Shown here in pieces: positions 27,270 through 37,489 of a DNA stretch of 64,000 bases. This stretch comes from an uncultured Candidatus Saccharibacteria bacterium (lineage in GTDB: Bacteria; Patescibacteriota; Saccharimonadia; CAILAD01; JADZBC01). Location of the stretch: positions 1,572 to 65,571 of the forward strand of contig CAYPSN010000005.1 of the NCBI GenBank assembly GCA_964413715.1. The letters run 5' to 3'. Position 1 is the first letter of the stretch. The number at the start of each line of letters is the position of its first letter. Position numbers and translations under genes: made by a program. A model generated the notes under the pieces. It searched no databases, was not told the DNA's origin, and was given only the letters and a program-made list of their open reading frames with translations.

Positions 27270-27845
27270 ATGAAACAACGTACCGCGAAACTCTGGTGGC
27301 TCCTCTTTGCCGCATCATCTGTCGGTTTAATATCTTCACTCGTGCAGACCATAGAGCTGATTAGTTATCGGTCACAGCCTGCTGCTAAACTTATTTGTGA
27401 TGTGAATGCTGTATTTAGCTGCAGCAGCGTGTTTGATGCTTGGCAATCTAGAGTGTTTGGCTTTTCCAACTCTCTCGTTTGCTTAACATTCTTTGGCCTG
27501 GGTGCGGGTATTGCACTTGCGGCTGCCACTGGTGCGGAACTAAATAAAAAACTTCGACTTGTCTTTCACTTCTTGTCCGTCTTTTTCTTAGGCTTTGGTG
27601 CTTGGTACTTATGGCAAAGTACCTACAAAATCGGCGCCATCTGCATGTTCTGCCTATTCTGCTATGCTGCCGTCATAGCTATGAACTGGACATGGTTCCG
27701 CTTGAATTACGAACAGCTTTCAGCGAGCAAAAAAGTGCAGCAGTGGCTCAGTGGAGTTGTGCGGAGTAACGCTGATGTATTGATTGCTGTGCTGTGGGCA
27801 TGTACGATCGCCATTATGATTACCTCTCATTTTTACCTAGGGTAG
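27270..27845 (+). CDS. vitamin K epoxide reductase (VKOR) family protein
   Basis: CDVNAVFSCSSV...FGFSN; CMFC. Confidence 0.9.
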   Translation: MKQRTAKLWWLLFAASSVGLISSLVQTIELISYRSQPAAKLICDVNAVFSCSSVFDAWQSRVFGFSNSLVCLTFFGLGAGIALAAATGAELNKKLRLVFHFLSVFFLGFGAWYLWQSTYKIGAICMFCLFCYAAVIAMNWTWFRLNYEQLSASKKVQQWLSGVVRSNADVLIAVLWACTIAIMITSHFYLG

Positions 27846-27906
27846 TTGGTTTTGGTATTTTTGTATAACCAGGAATATACTAGTACTAAGAACATAAGGA
27901 AACGAT

Positions 27907-29511
27907 ATGAATAAGAGCGAAAAAAGAATCCTCGTCGTTATGGCACTAGCGCAGTTTATTTTAACCCTTGATTCGACCGTGATGAATGTGTCAATTTCGA
28001 CACTGGTGAAGGACCTGAACACCACAGTGGCTGGCATACAATCAGCAATTACGTTCTACACCTTGGTCATGGCGGCGTTTATGATTCCTGGCGCTAAGAT
28101 CGGCGACATGATAGGTCGTAAAAAAGCGTTTCTATTGGGAACAATCATTTACGGTACTGGCTCTCTCATTACCGCAATGAGTCCTAATTTGTCCACACTA
28201 CTGTTTGGCTGGTCGTTCCTAGAAGGGCTCGGCGCTGCCTTAATGATTCCTGCTATGTTGTCGCTGGTAGCAAGTAATTTCCCACCAGGGACCAAGCGGG
28301 TCAAAGCCTATGCGACTGTAGCTGCAATTGGAGCGATTGGTGCAGCGGTGGGTCCAATTGTGGGTGGATTTCTTACAACCTACGCAACATGGCGCCTGGC
28401 GTTCTTAGCTGAAGTGATTGTGGTGCTATATATTCTGGCCAAACGAGCTATTATCAAAGACTCTCAGCTTATGCAGAAAGTAACTTCGTTTGATTGGGTG
28501 GGGACAATATTCGCTGCCAGTGGGCTTAGCGTGTTAATTCTTGGAATACTCCAGGCTAGCAAATACGGTCTGTTAGTTGCTCGTAAATCACTGGTTGTTA
28601 ATGGTCAGGAATGGATTCCAGCTGGCGGGGTTTCGCCGACGGTCTGGATGATTCTAATTGGTTTGGGAATCCTGGCATTCTTCGCCTATTGGCAGAACAG
28701 GCGCAAGAAGCACGATCAGTCTTTGCTTATCGATATGGCAATTTTTAAAAACAAAATTGTCAGTGCGGGAGTAGGCACAATCTTCTTCCAGCTTATGTTG
28801 TTGGGCGGTGTAATGTATGGCATGTCGTTATATTTGCAGCTACAGCTGGGCTACAACGCTATGCGAACCGGCGTCGCTTTGTTGCCGCTTTCAGTAGCAA
28901 TTCTGTTGTTAGCCAGTCGTGGCGACATTATGGCAACGAAGTTTTCGAGTAAGCGCATTATACGAGTAGGCTTTACCTGCATGCTTATTGGTTCGGCATG
29001 GCTTGGCTACAAGGCTGGACAGAATCCAAGCGGTTTAGATTTTCTGCCGAGCCTAGTATTGTTTGGTGCTGGTATGGGCATGATTGCATCTCAGCTGCAG
29101 AATACTGTCCAAAATTCTGTTGATGAAAAGTCTTCTGCCGAAGCATCAGGACTGATGTCGACATTCCAATTTTTAGGCCAAAGTTTCGGTACGGCTATCA
29201 GTGGTGTACTAATTGTGGCGACATTTATTCAGGTCGGAACTAATTTAGTGGCGCAAGATACCAATTTAAACACTCAGCAAAAATCCCAACTTACGGCAGC
29301 GATCGAACAGCAGCCGCAGATTATGAGTGATGCGCAGGTGACTTCGCTAGTGAGCACATTGCCACCAACTACAGCGCAAACCGTGATTGATATAAATGCC
29401 GAAACCAGGCAGGCAGCATTGAGTGGTATGTTCATTTTGCTGGCTGTTTTGAGTACACTCGGATTGCTCGCCACCAAGAATCTGCCAAACAATTCTCCCA
29501 AGCCAGCTTAA
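27907..29511 (+). CDS. MFS transporter, DHA2/EmrB-like
   Basis: LDSTVMNVSI, GAKIGDMIGRKK, GPIVGGFL...WR; many TMs. Confidence 0.92.
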   Translation: MNKSEKRILVVMALAQFILTLDSTVMNVSISTLVKDLNTTVAGIQSAITFYTLVMAAFMIPGAKIGDMIGRKKAFLLGTIIYGTGSLITAMSPNLSTLLFGWSFLEGLGAALMIPAMLSLVASNFPPGTKRVKAYATVAAIGAIGAAVGPIVGGFLTTYATWRLAFLAEVIVVLYILAKRAIIKDSQLMQKVTSFDWVGTIFAASGLSVLILGILQASKYGLLVARKSLVVNGQEWIPAGGVSPTVWMILIGLGILAFFAYWQNRRKKHDQSLLIDMAIFKNKIVSAGVGTIFFQLMLLGGVMYGMSLYLQLQLGYNAMRTGVALLPLSVAILLLASRGDIMATKFSSKRIIRVGFTCMLIGSAWLGYKAGQNPSGLDFLPSLVLFGAGMGMIASQLQNTVQNSVDEKSSAEASGLMSTFQFLGQSFGTAISGVLIVATFIQVGTNLVAQDTNLNTQQKSQLTAAIEQQPQIMSDAQVTSLVSTLPPTTAQTVIDINAETRQAALSGMFILLAVLSTLGLLATKNLPNNSPKPA

Positions 29512-29622
29512 CTCTCTAGACTGAGAAGAACATTTAATTAGCTCTTGTGCTTTGTCCATAAAGGACTATGATGATTGTAAGCGCAATCAGCGCAGTTCCT
29601 ACAAGCACACAAAGGGGGCGAT

Positions 29623-30354
29623 ATGCTCAAGCAAGCAAAGCGCCCCCTCGACGACGTTGTGGTCGTGGTGGTGGCAGGTACGTTCGTGGCCGATTGGTAC
29701 GCCCAGTTTGTTTATGGCTCTCTCAAGGCGGCCATAATCGAGCGGGGTTACCCCGTTCGGGTTATTGCGATCCCCAACCTTGGTTTGGGTTCTATGCAAC
29801 GGGCTCTTGATGCGATGCACCTACAAATCTGCGCCGAGTTCCCGACGCAGCGCATCGTTTTGATCGGGCATAGCCAGGGGGGTAGCCACATCATGGGGTT
29901 GAAGCGTCTGCTGGGCAACCGGGCGATCCGAGTGGTGCAGCTGTCGGCGCCAAACCATGGCACGCGCCTCGCGAACTTGGGTGGTTGGCTCAAGGCCTTC
30001 CCGGCGATTGGCAACATGGCAGCGCACTCTCCGGTTCTACGTGAGTTGCGGACCCTCGAGGAGATTGTGGAGGAAGTTGAAGCCATGGAGCTGGTGAGCG
30101 TGATGAGCGTTTTCGACCAGCTTGTGCTGCCGTTCTTTGCCTCGGTTTTGAAAGGGGCCAAGAACATCGTCATCGCACCGCGGTTCATGCACCCGTTGCT
30201 ACTCAAGTTGGGCTTCCGACGCAGCAATGGCATCGAGCTTGTCGATGGCTTCGCCGACCATCTTTCGATCATCTCGCATCAGTCGGTACTGCGTCTGCTG
30301 CATGGGGTGTTCGACGAGCTCGAGGAAACGTCACCTCAACCTAGCCTCCGATAA
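29623..30354 (+). CDS. alpha/beta hydrolase (lipase/esterase), GC-rich strong-SD class
   Basis: GHSQGG nucleophile elbow, LSAPNHGT, DQLV, DH; AAGGGGG SD. Confidence 0.85.
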   Translation: MLKQAKRPLDDVVVVVVAGTFVADWYAQFVYGSLKAAIIERGYPVRVIAIPNLGLGSMQRALDAMHLQICAEFPTQRIVLIGHSQGGSHIMGLKRLLGNRAIRVVQLSAPNHGTRLANLGGWLKAFPAIGNMAAHSPVLRELRTLEEIVEEVEAMELVSVMSVFDQLVLPFFASVLKGAKNIVIAPRFMHPLLLKLGFRRSNGIELVDGFADHLSIISHQSVLRLLHGVFDELEETSPQPSLR

Positions 30355-30435
30355 GGGCTCCTGCCTGTACATCGGGGGCTCTTATCGTGCTATAGCGTCG
30401 GGGTGTATAATAAGAGTGTTAAGAAAGGTACTCCT

Positions 30436-30837
30436 ATGCTTGGATGGGTAGAAGATATTGAGAAAGCTACGTTAGAAAACGAAAATTTTCGGGCTGCACT
30501 ATTCACTGGTAAACACAGTCAGTTGACCGTTATGAGCATCGTGGTTGGTGGCGAGATTGGCCTGGAAGTACATCCTGATAACGATCAGTTTATTCGGATT
30601 GAGCAGGGTAAGGCGAAAGTTGAGTTTGGTGAGAGCCAAGACAACCTAACTGAAAGCTACGACGTGGAAGATGACTGGGCGGTCATTATTCCTGCTGGCG
30701 TTTGGCATAATATTACCAATACAGGGGATACTGAGCTGAAGGTCTACTCGATTTATTCACCAGCGCATCATCCCGAGGGAACGGTACACAAAACTAAGGC
30801 TGACGCAGACGCAGCCGAAGCCGCCGAACACGAGTAG
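30436..30837 (+). CDS. cupin-domain protein
   Basis: EIGLEVHP..DQFIRIEQG, IPAGVWHNITNTG...LKVYSIYSP..H. Confidence 0.9.
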   Translation: MLGWVEDIEKATLENENFRAALFTGKHSQLTVMSIVVGGEIGLEVHPDNDQFIRIEQGKAKVEFGESQDNLTESYDVEDDWAVIIPAGVWHNITNTGDTELKVYSIYSPAHHPEGTVHKTKADADAAEAAEHE

Positions 30838-30910
30838 GCTAGGCACTGTTTGTCACAAGCGTACATCTTGAATCATGGATCTTGGTCTAAGATTTCGGTA
30901 CAATGTCTGA

Positions 30911-31936
30911 ATGCAAATTTCTGATTACAGCTACGTTTTACCAAAGGACAAGATTGCTCAGTATCCACCTGCGGTTCGAGGGCAGTCGCGCCTGTTAGTG
31001 CTTGATAAAAATACGGGAAGCACGGAAGATCGTCGGTATGTAGACATCGTTGATTATCTCGATGCCGGCGATGTACTTGTTCTCAATAACACGAAGGTGA
31101 TAAAGGCTCGACTCATGGCTAAAGACGACGCTGGGAGTGATACTGAGCTTGTGTTGCTCGAAAAGCACGGCAAGGTCGAAGATAGGCATCGTCACAAGGT
31201 ACTCTATAGGGGGAGCTTGTACAAAGGCCAGATATTTTACGTAGGTCAAGCTGAGCTCCACGTCGAGCAGGCGGAGGGTGGCATAGCGGTGGTGAGCTCG
31301 GCTTACGACATTGAGGACATCGCCACCAAGAATGGCAGCGTGCCACTGCCGCCGTATATGAAGCGCGATGCTACTGCAGAAGACGAGCAGCGCTATCAAA
31401 CGGTCTTTGCGCATGCGAGTGGTTCGGTGGCGGCACCTACCGCCTCGCTCAATATGACCGATGAATTGCTCGACGGCCTTCGCCGTAAAGGCGTGGTCGT
31501 GGCGTATTTGACGCTGCATGTAGGCCTGGGCACATTCTTGCCGATTCGTAGCGATGACGTTACCGAGCACAAGATGCATAGTGAATATTTCGAAATTCCC
31601 GAAGGGACTGTTCGAAGTCTACAGCAGGCTAGGCAGCGCGGCGGCAAGATAGCAGCACTTGGCACGACGGTAGCTCGCACCTTGGAGTTCGCTCACGAAG
31701 AGATCTTCGCATCAGATGCGAGCGACGTTTCAGGCGAAGCCGACATATTTATTTATCCGGGCTACGAATTTAAATCTGTTGATGTGTTGATTACAAACTT
31801 CCATGCGCCAAAGAGCACCGTACTCATGCTGGCAGCAGCCTTTGCTGGCTGGGATAATCTTAAATATGCGTACGAGCATGCACTGCAAAACAGCTACGCA
31901 TTCCTTAGCTATGGCGATAGTATGCTGATAAGATAA
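30911..31936 (+). CDS. queA: SAM:tRNA ribosyltransferase-isomerase
   Basis: NNTKVIKARL, PLPPYM, RYQTVFA, GSVAAPTA, TLHVGLGTF, TNFH, FLSYGDSM. Confidence 0.97.
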   Translation: MQISDYSYVLPKDKIAQYPPAVRGQSRLLVLDKNTGSTEDRRYVDIVDYLDAGDVLVLNNTKVIKARLMAKDDAGSDTELVLLEKHGKVEDRHRHKVLYRGSLYKGQIFYVGQAELHVEQAEGGIAVVSSAYDIEDIATKNGSVPLPPYMKRDATAEDEQRYQTVFAHASGSVAAPTASLNMTDELLDGLRRKGVVVAYLTLHVGLGTFLPIRSDDVTEHKMHSEYFEIPEGTVRSLQQARQRGGKIAALGTTVARTLEFAHEEIFASDASDVSGEADIFIYPGYEFKSVDVLITNFHAPKSTVLMLAAAFAGWDNLKYAYEHALQNSYAFLSYGDSMLIR

Positions 31937-31940
31937 CGAT

Positions 31941-33146
31941 ATGAAAGAATTCAACTTTACTATTCAAAACGAGCTCGAAGGTACGTTAGCGCGTGCGGCC
32001 GAAATCACCACGCCGCACGGCGTGATTCAAACCCCGGCATTTATAACCGTTGGCACTAAGGCCACGGTTAAGGCAGTTGCTCCGGAGCAGGTTAGGGATT
32101 TGGGCTCACAGGCAGTTCTCGCCAATACCTATCATCTATACCTTAAGCCGGGTAGCGACGTTGTCCGCGAGATGGGTGGTTTGCACAAATTCATGAACTG
32201 GCATGGCCCGATGTTTACCGACTCGGGTGGTTTTCAGGTTTTCTCGCTTGGTGAGGCGTACGGTAAGGGTGTGAGTAAGGTGGCAAGTGGTGATGATGCA
32301 GTGCAGCCAGACAAGCGTCCGAGTGGTAAGCAGCTTATGAAAATCGATGACGAGGGGGTGACCTTTCACTCCCATATCGACGGCAGCAAACATCGCTTAA
32401 CTCCAGAGAAGTCCATGCAGATACAGCATGATTTGGGAGCGGATATTATCTTTACTTTCGATGAATGCACCTCGCCACAAGCAGATTATGATTATCAAAA
32501 GCAGGCACTAGATCGCACCCATGCGTGGGCAGAGCGCAGCTTGGCAGAGCATCAAAGACTTGGGGCAAATAGCCCAGAGGGCAAGCCCCAGGCGCTGTTT
32601 GGCATTGTGCAGGGTGGTCGTCACGAGGATTTACGCCGACACTCAGCCGAAGTAATTGGTAGCATGGACTTCGACGGCTTTGGCATTGGCGGGTCATTTA
32701 ACAAAGACGACATGGGTACCGCCGTACGTTGGGTTTGTGAAACGTTGCCCAAAAACAAGCCGCGCCACTTGCTTGGCATCGGCGAGCCGATTGATTTGTT
32801 CGAAGGCATTGAAAACGGCATTGATACGTTTGACTGCGTGAGTCCAACGCGCGTAGCCCGCAATAGCGCTGTGTATACCAAAAACGGGCGCGTGAATCTA
32901 AGTAATGCAAAGTACATGCGCATGCCCGGCCCGATTGTGGAGGATTGTAGCTGCTACACTTGTCAAAACTACAGCGTGGCGTACTTGTCTCATTTAGTAC
33001 GCGCCGAAGAAATGCTCTCAGCCACACTTCTTTCAATTCATAACCTGCACTTTATTGTTAATCTTGTCGCAGGTATACGAGAATCAATCATACAGGGTAA
33101 TTTTCAAGAACATAAAAAACAATTTTTAGCTGCATATTACAGCTGA
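31941..33146 (+). CDS. tgt: tRNA-guanine transglycosylase
   Basis: LANTYHL, TDSGGFQVFSL, IVQGG, FDCVSPTR, CSCYTC, HNL. Confidence 0.97.
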   Translation: MKEFNFTIQNELEGTLARAAEITTPHGVIQTPAFITVGTKATVKAVAPEQVRDLGSQAVLANTYHLYLKPGSDVVREMGGLHKFMNWHGPMFTDSGGFQVFSLGEAYGKGVSKVASGDDAVQPDKRPSGKQLMKIDDEGVTFHSHIDGSKHRLTPEKSMQIQHDLGADIIFTFDECTSPQADYDYQKQALDRTHAWAERSLAEHQRLGANSPEGKPQALFGIVQGGRHEDLRRHSAEVIGSMDFDGFGIGGSFNKDDMGTAVRWVCETLPKNKPRHLLGIGEPIDLFEGIENGIDTFDCVSPTRVARNSAVYTKNGRVNLSNAKYMRMPGPIVEDCSCYTCQNYSVAYLSHLVRAEEMLSATLLSIHNLHFIVNLVAGIRESIIQGNFQEHKKQFLAAYYS

Positions 33147-33163
33147 GGGTCGTGCCGTAAAGA

Positions 33164-35434
33164 CTACTTAGGTAGCTTAAGGGTAAAAACGGAACCTTTC
33201 TTGGTAGAGTGTTCAAGCATTACCTCGCCACCATTGCGTTCGGCTAAGCTCTTGGCAATGTAGAGTCCTAGACCCGTTCCACCGACTTCACGCGTAAGGC
33301 TATTGTCCAGTCGGTCGAACTTCTTAAATAGTTTCTTGCGGTCATCAAGGTTGATACCCGCACCAGTATCAACGACACTTAATAGCACCCAGTCACCATG
33401 TTCTTTTAGTTCTAAGCTTACAAAGCCATGCGTAGTGTATTTAATGGCATTTTCTACGAGCTTAGCGATGATTTCCTTAACTTCATTAGGGTCGGCTTTG
33501 AGATTAATTTTCTTTTCATGTCCACTAAAGCTAAGGGCGAGTTTTTTATTGTCAGCCTTTGGCCGCATAAGACGTATTACGTCGTCGATGGCACCAACGT
33601 AGTCAAATTCAGTTTTGTTTTCGTAATGAGGCGCGCTACCATTGTCGATTTCTGCAACGGTCATAATGTCTCTAAATAATTCGGCTAGTTGGGCGGTTGA
33701 TTCGTAAGCTTGTTGAATGATCGGCTTGGTAGTTTTGTCGAGTTTGGCAATGTCTGGGTCAAGCGCATTGGCCAAGTTTCCCTGAATAATCGTGAGCGGT
33801 GTGCGCATTTCGTGCGAGGCAGTAACAATGAAGTCATTGCGTTCTCGCTCGGCGGCCTTTTGTTTGGTAATATCTTCAATCAGCAACACACTGCCAATAC
33901 ACTGCTTTTTATCACCGATAATTGGCGAGATAATAAGGTGGAGAATTCTTTTGTCATGTTCAAGCTCTGCTATATCGGCAAGTTGGCACGAGCCATGGAC
34001 TTTTTCGAAATCCTGTTTGATACCAAGATCCAATAAAGCGTCACTAATGGCCTTTTTGCTTTTGGATTCAATCTTGAGTAAATCCTTGGCTACCTTGTTG
34101 AGTTCAAGCACCTGCATATTTTCGTCAAGCATAATAAAGCCGACTGGCAAGCTTGCAATGGAGGCTTCAAGTTTGGCGTGCTCACGATATAGTTCTTCGG
34201 TACGTTCGATAACTTTTTGTTCAACTTTGCGCTCTTCTTCGGCCAGCTGGGCATAGGCTCTTTTGAGATTCGAGATGTCTGTAATGACCAATACATAGCC
34301 TGCCGCTTTGCCCTTGGTGTCGAGCAGGGCACTTAGATTAAGATCTACCGGGACAATGTGCTTTGATTCGCCGGTGACCATGATGAGATTTTCAATTTTT
34401 TTGGAAGCCTTAAGAGTCGGGTCGGCCACGGTGTACTGGACGATTTTTTTATAGTGCTGCGGTGCAAAGTAATTCTTGATGTTGCGCTTACGGGTGGCAT
34501 TGCCGAGACCAAAGAGTCGGTGTGCGCTCGTATTGGCATACTCAACTTCGAATCCCGGATTAACGACGACTACAGCTTCTGCCATCGTTTCGAGAATATT
34601 GGAAGCTATAGTAGTAGGGTTAATCACGAACAGGCTATGTCGAATAATGGCGTACCCCATGACGAGTGCCATGATGGTGGAAAAGAAACTATCAAGTGGT
34701 AGATAAAATGGCAGGCCTAAGTAGGCCGGGATTACATTGGTGAAAGTTGAGCCGAGAATCGGAATAAGGATACCGATGAGTAGATACATTGCTTGTTTTT
34801 TTCGTTTGCCTTTGCGTTCACGTACGTAATGGCGAATAAGTAAACCGAGGATTATAAATGTAAGGATTTGGAACCAAGCCAAGTAGAGACTACCGAATGG
34901 GCCTAATGTTATTTCAAAACCCCATGGCCTTGGTATGAGCGTGCTTGGGTTGCGAACAACGATAAAATTCGTGGTAAGTGCCACAATAATAATGAACAAT
35001 GACACAGCAAGCATGAGTAGCCATGGCAACATCAGAGTATCTGCTTCATCGTCATTGCTTGTGTACGTCACCAAGAATATCAGTAGAGCGGGGATGCCAA
35101 TCAGCGAAGCGACCGGTATGCCGGCGCGCACGATCAGCGCTGTGTAGCTGTTGGCAGAGGCGAAGGTGGCTAGGTCAGTCAAGGACCACAGCAGGACGCC
35201 GAGCAAAAAGAGTCCAAACCACATGACACCCTTAATAGCGCGTCGCCGTTTGTACACAAGAAAGAGGAGGTACATGTTGAGAAGAACTGAAGAGAGCGGA
35301 ATGAGGATGAACGGCCGCCACATGAATGCGAGTGGCTGAGGTGAAGTGCTTGTGGTAGTACCGAAGATGAGAATGGCAGAGAATGCCAAAGCTGATATAA
35401 CTGAAACCCAGCCTAGAATACTGTGCTTGCGCAT
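33164..35434 (-). CDS. membrane sensor histidine kinase (HisKA_7TM-like N-terminus, PAS, HisKA, HATPase)
   Basis: multiple TMs; ASHEMRTPLT, NAIKYT, DTGAGI, GGTGLGL. Confidence 0.92.
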   Translation of the reverse strand: MRKHSILGWVSVISALAFSAILIFGTTTSTSPQPLAFMWRPFILIPLSSVLLNMYLLFLVYKRRRAIKGVMWFGLFLLGVLLWSLTDLATFASANSYTALIVRAGIPVASLIGIPALLIFLVTYTSNDDEADTLMLPWLLMLAVSLFIIIVALTTNFIVVRNPSTLIPRPWGFEITLGPFGSLYLAWFQILTFIILGLLIRHYVRERKGKRKKQAMYLLIGILIPILGSTFTNVIPAYLGLPFYLPLDSFFSTIMALVMGYAIIRHSLFVINPTTIASNILETMAEAVVVVNPGFEVEYANTSAHRLFGLGNATRKRNIKNYFAPQHYKKIVQYTVADPTLKASKKIENLIMVTGESKHIVPVDLNLSALLDTKGKAAGYVLVITDISNLKRAYAQLAEEERKVEQKVIERTEELYREHAKLEASIASLPVGFIMLDENMQVLELNKVAKDLLKIESKSKKAISDALLDLGIKQDFEKVHGSCQLADIAELEHDKRILHLIISPIIGDKKQCIGSVLLIEDITKQKAAERERNDFIVTASHEMRTPLTIIQGNLANALDPDIAKLDKTTKPIIQQAYESTAQLAELFRDIMTVAEIDNGSAPHYENKTEFDYVGAIDDVIRLMRPKADNKKLALSFSGHEKKINLKADPNEVKEIIAKLVENAIKYTTHGFVSLELKEHGDWVLLSVVDTGAGINLDDRKKLFKKFDRLDNSLTREVGGTGLGLYIAKSLAERNGGEVMLEHSTKKGSVFTLKLPK

Positions 35435-35440
35435 AAGAAG

Positions 35441-35896
35441 TTAGATGCCCTGCAGATTACTTGTGATGTTTTGTATGCCACCACCAAAAACGAATGCAAA
35501 GCCGGTGAGCACGAGGAGTACAATGGCAAGGCTAGGCCATACGTCCCGGACTAATGCGTGGATTCTAATTTTGCCATTGTAGCGATGATCGCGAATGATG
35601 GTGGTGAGAGAACCGATGTTAATAAGGAGTGCAATAGTTGGGAACACAACCGCCCACAATACTACAACCGCAGGTGAGAATACCCAAGATTCATAGAACT
35701 GGGCAAGTTGATCCGATTCGGGCAGCGATAAGCGATAGAGAATACTGATGATAACGATGATGGCAAAGGGTAAAATGAGTGCGATACCTGTTGCGGCATT
35801 GTGTTCATACAACGCTCGCACCTTGCGTAAGTGGCGTAACTGGGCTAAGTGATACCTGCTTGCTTGCTTACGAGTATTATTCTTATGCTTTCTCAT
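35441..35896 (-). CDS. three-TM membrane protein, likely co-transcribed with the kinase
   Basis: TATAAT 6 nt before ATG on minus strand; three hydrophobic segments. Confidence 0.7.
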   Translation of the reverse strand: MRKHKNNTRKQASRYHLAQLRHLRKVRALYEHNAATGIALILPFAIIVIISILYRLSLPESDQLAQFYESWVFSPAVVVLWAVVFPTIALLINIGSLTTIIRDHRYNGKIRIHALVRDVWPSLAIVLLVLTGFAFVFGGGIQNITSNLQGI

Positions 35897-35981
35897 AACA
35901 TAATTATAGACTTTTTGGTCTAGATGTCGATATCTTTGCAGACCCTAGCGCAAAAGCTGGCTTTGTAGAATAATAGTCTAT

Positions 35982-37244
35982 ATGAAGTATTCACAATTAT
36001 TTTCGCAAACCAGTCGCAACGTGTCCGAACAAGAAAAGTCACTGAATGCACAATTGCTAACACGAGCTGGCTTTGTGGACCAGCTTATGGCGGGTGTTTA
36101 TTCGTATTTGCCGCTCGGCCTAATTACGCTTCGCAAAATTGAAAACGTTGTACGTAAACATATGGATAGTTTGGGCGCCCAAGAAGTCCTAATGCCAACA
36201 CTGCACCCGAGCGCTATTTGGAAAACAACCGGCGGCTGGGACAGCATAGATGTCTTGTTTAAAATCAATAGTCGAACCGGTAACGAATACGCCCTGGGCC
36301 AAAGCGAAGAAGAGGTGGTAACGCCATTGGTTATGAGTCGTGCGCAGTCGTACAAACATCTGCCACAGTCGGTTTATCAAATCCACTGGAAGTATCGCGA
36401 TGAGCTGCGGGCCAAGTCGGGCATTATGCGCGGCCGCGAGTTTTATATGAAAGACATGTATAGCTTTCATACAAACCAGCAAGATTTTGATTCGTACTAT
36501 GCCAAGGTCAAGCAAGTGTATTCGGATATCTTTACCGAACTTGGCTTGGAGGCCAAGGTAACAGAGGCGTCTGGCGGTAATTTTACTGACAAAGTGTCAT
36601 ACGAGTTTGAAGTGTTAACCGATGCTGGCGAAGATGTTATTTACTATTGTGACCAGTGTGATTTTTGTGTCGAAGATGAGATTGCCCAAGTAAAACCTGG
36701 TGATACCTGCCCACGCTGCAACAGGGGGAGCCTTAAAGAAGCCAAGGCTGCCGAGGTGGGGAATGTTTTTGATCTCGGCCAGAAGTTTACTAAGGCGTTC
36801 GATATGCCATATGTGAATGACAAAGGCGAGAGAGAATATGCAATTATGGGCTGTTATGGGATTGGTATTAGTCGAGTCATGGGCGTAATTGCTGAGCGAC
36901 ACCATGACGAAAAGGGTCTCATCTGGCCAGAGAGTGTTACCCCGTTTCGCTATCATATTGTTGCTTTGCCTGACGCTGAGAACGTAAACGTTGGTGAAAA
37001 AGTGTATGAGCAATTGGGCGCCGACAGCTGTCTGTTTGATGATCGAGCTGACGTAAGCCCTGGAGCAAAATTTGCTGACGCCGACTTAATTGGTTGTCCA
37101 GTTCAAATTGTGATATCCCGCAAGACACTCGAACAGAATTCTGTAGAAGTGGTGAGTCGGTCGGGGCAGTTTGAAACGTTTCTATTGCCGATTGGGGATA
37201 TCGGTGAAATCGACGCAAAGACCAAGGGCAGCAGTCGTGACTGA
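35982..37244 (+). CDS. proS: proline--tRNA ligase, short bacterial type
   Basis: YRDELRAKSGIMRGREFYMKDMYSF, EVGNVFDLG, MGCYGIGISR. Confidence 0.96.
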   Translation: MKYSQLFSQTSRNVSEQEKSLNAQLLTRAGFVDQLMAGVYSYLPLGLITLRKIENVVRKHMDSLGAQEVLMPTLHPSAIWKTTGGWDSIDVLFKINSRTGNEYALGQSEEEVVTPLVMSRAQSYKHLPQSVYQIHWKYRDELRAKSGIMRGREFYMKDMYSFHTNQQDFDSYYAKVKQVYSDIFTELGLEAKVTEASGGNFTDKVSYEFEVLTDAGEDVIYYCDQCDFCVEDEIAQVKPGDTCPRCNRGSLKEAKAAEVGNVFDLGQKFTKAFDMPYVNDKGEREYAIMGCYGIGISRVMGVIAERHHDEKGLIWPESVTPFRYHIVALPDAENVNVGEKVYEQLGADSCLFDDRADVSPGAKFADADLIGCPVQIVISRKTLEQNSVEVVSRSGQFETFLLPIGDIGEIDAKTKGSSRD

Positions 37245-37488
37245 GTTTCGGGAAAAGGTCTATGCCGTAGTGCGCAACATCCCCAAAGGTAGTGTTATGA
37301 GCTATGGTGATGTGGCTAGGGCAGCTGGCCATCCAGGTGCTGCGCGCGCTGTTGGCACTGGGTTGAGTAAAAACTATGATCCACTTGTTCCTTGTCATCG
37401 CGTGATTCGCCGCGATGGTAGAGTAGGCCAATACAATCGAGGCAGTGAACGCAAGCAAGCGCTGTTGGTCGCCGAAGGAGCTATTTAG
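37237..37488 (+). CDS. O6-alkylguanine-DNA alkyltransferase (MGMT/Ogt C-terminal domain)
   Basis: IPKG.V.SYG..A, ARAVG, PCHRV active site. Confidence 0.9.
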   Translation: MTEFREKVYAVVRNIPKGSVMSYGDVARAAGHPGAARAVGTGLSKNYDPLVPCHRVIRRDGRVGQYNRGSERKQALLVAEGAI

Positions 37489-37489
37489 A

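Noticed and set aside
30867-30887. ATCTTGA-ATCATGG-ATCTTGG heptamer triplet before queA
   Set aside because: Three degenerate units only; compatible with chance
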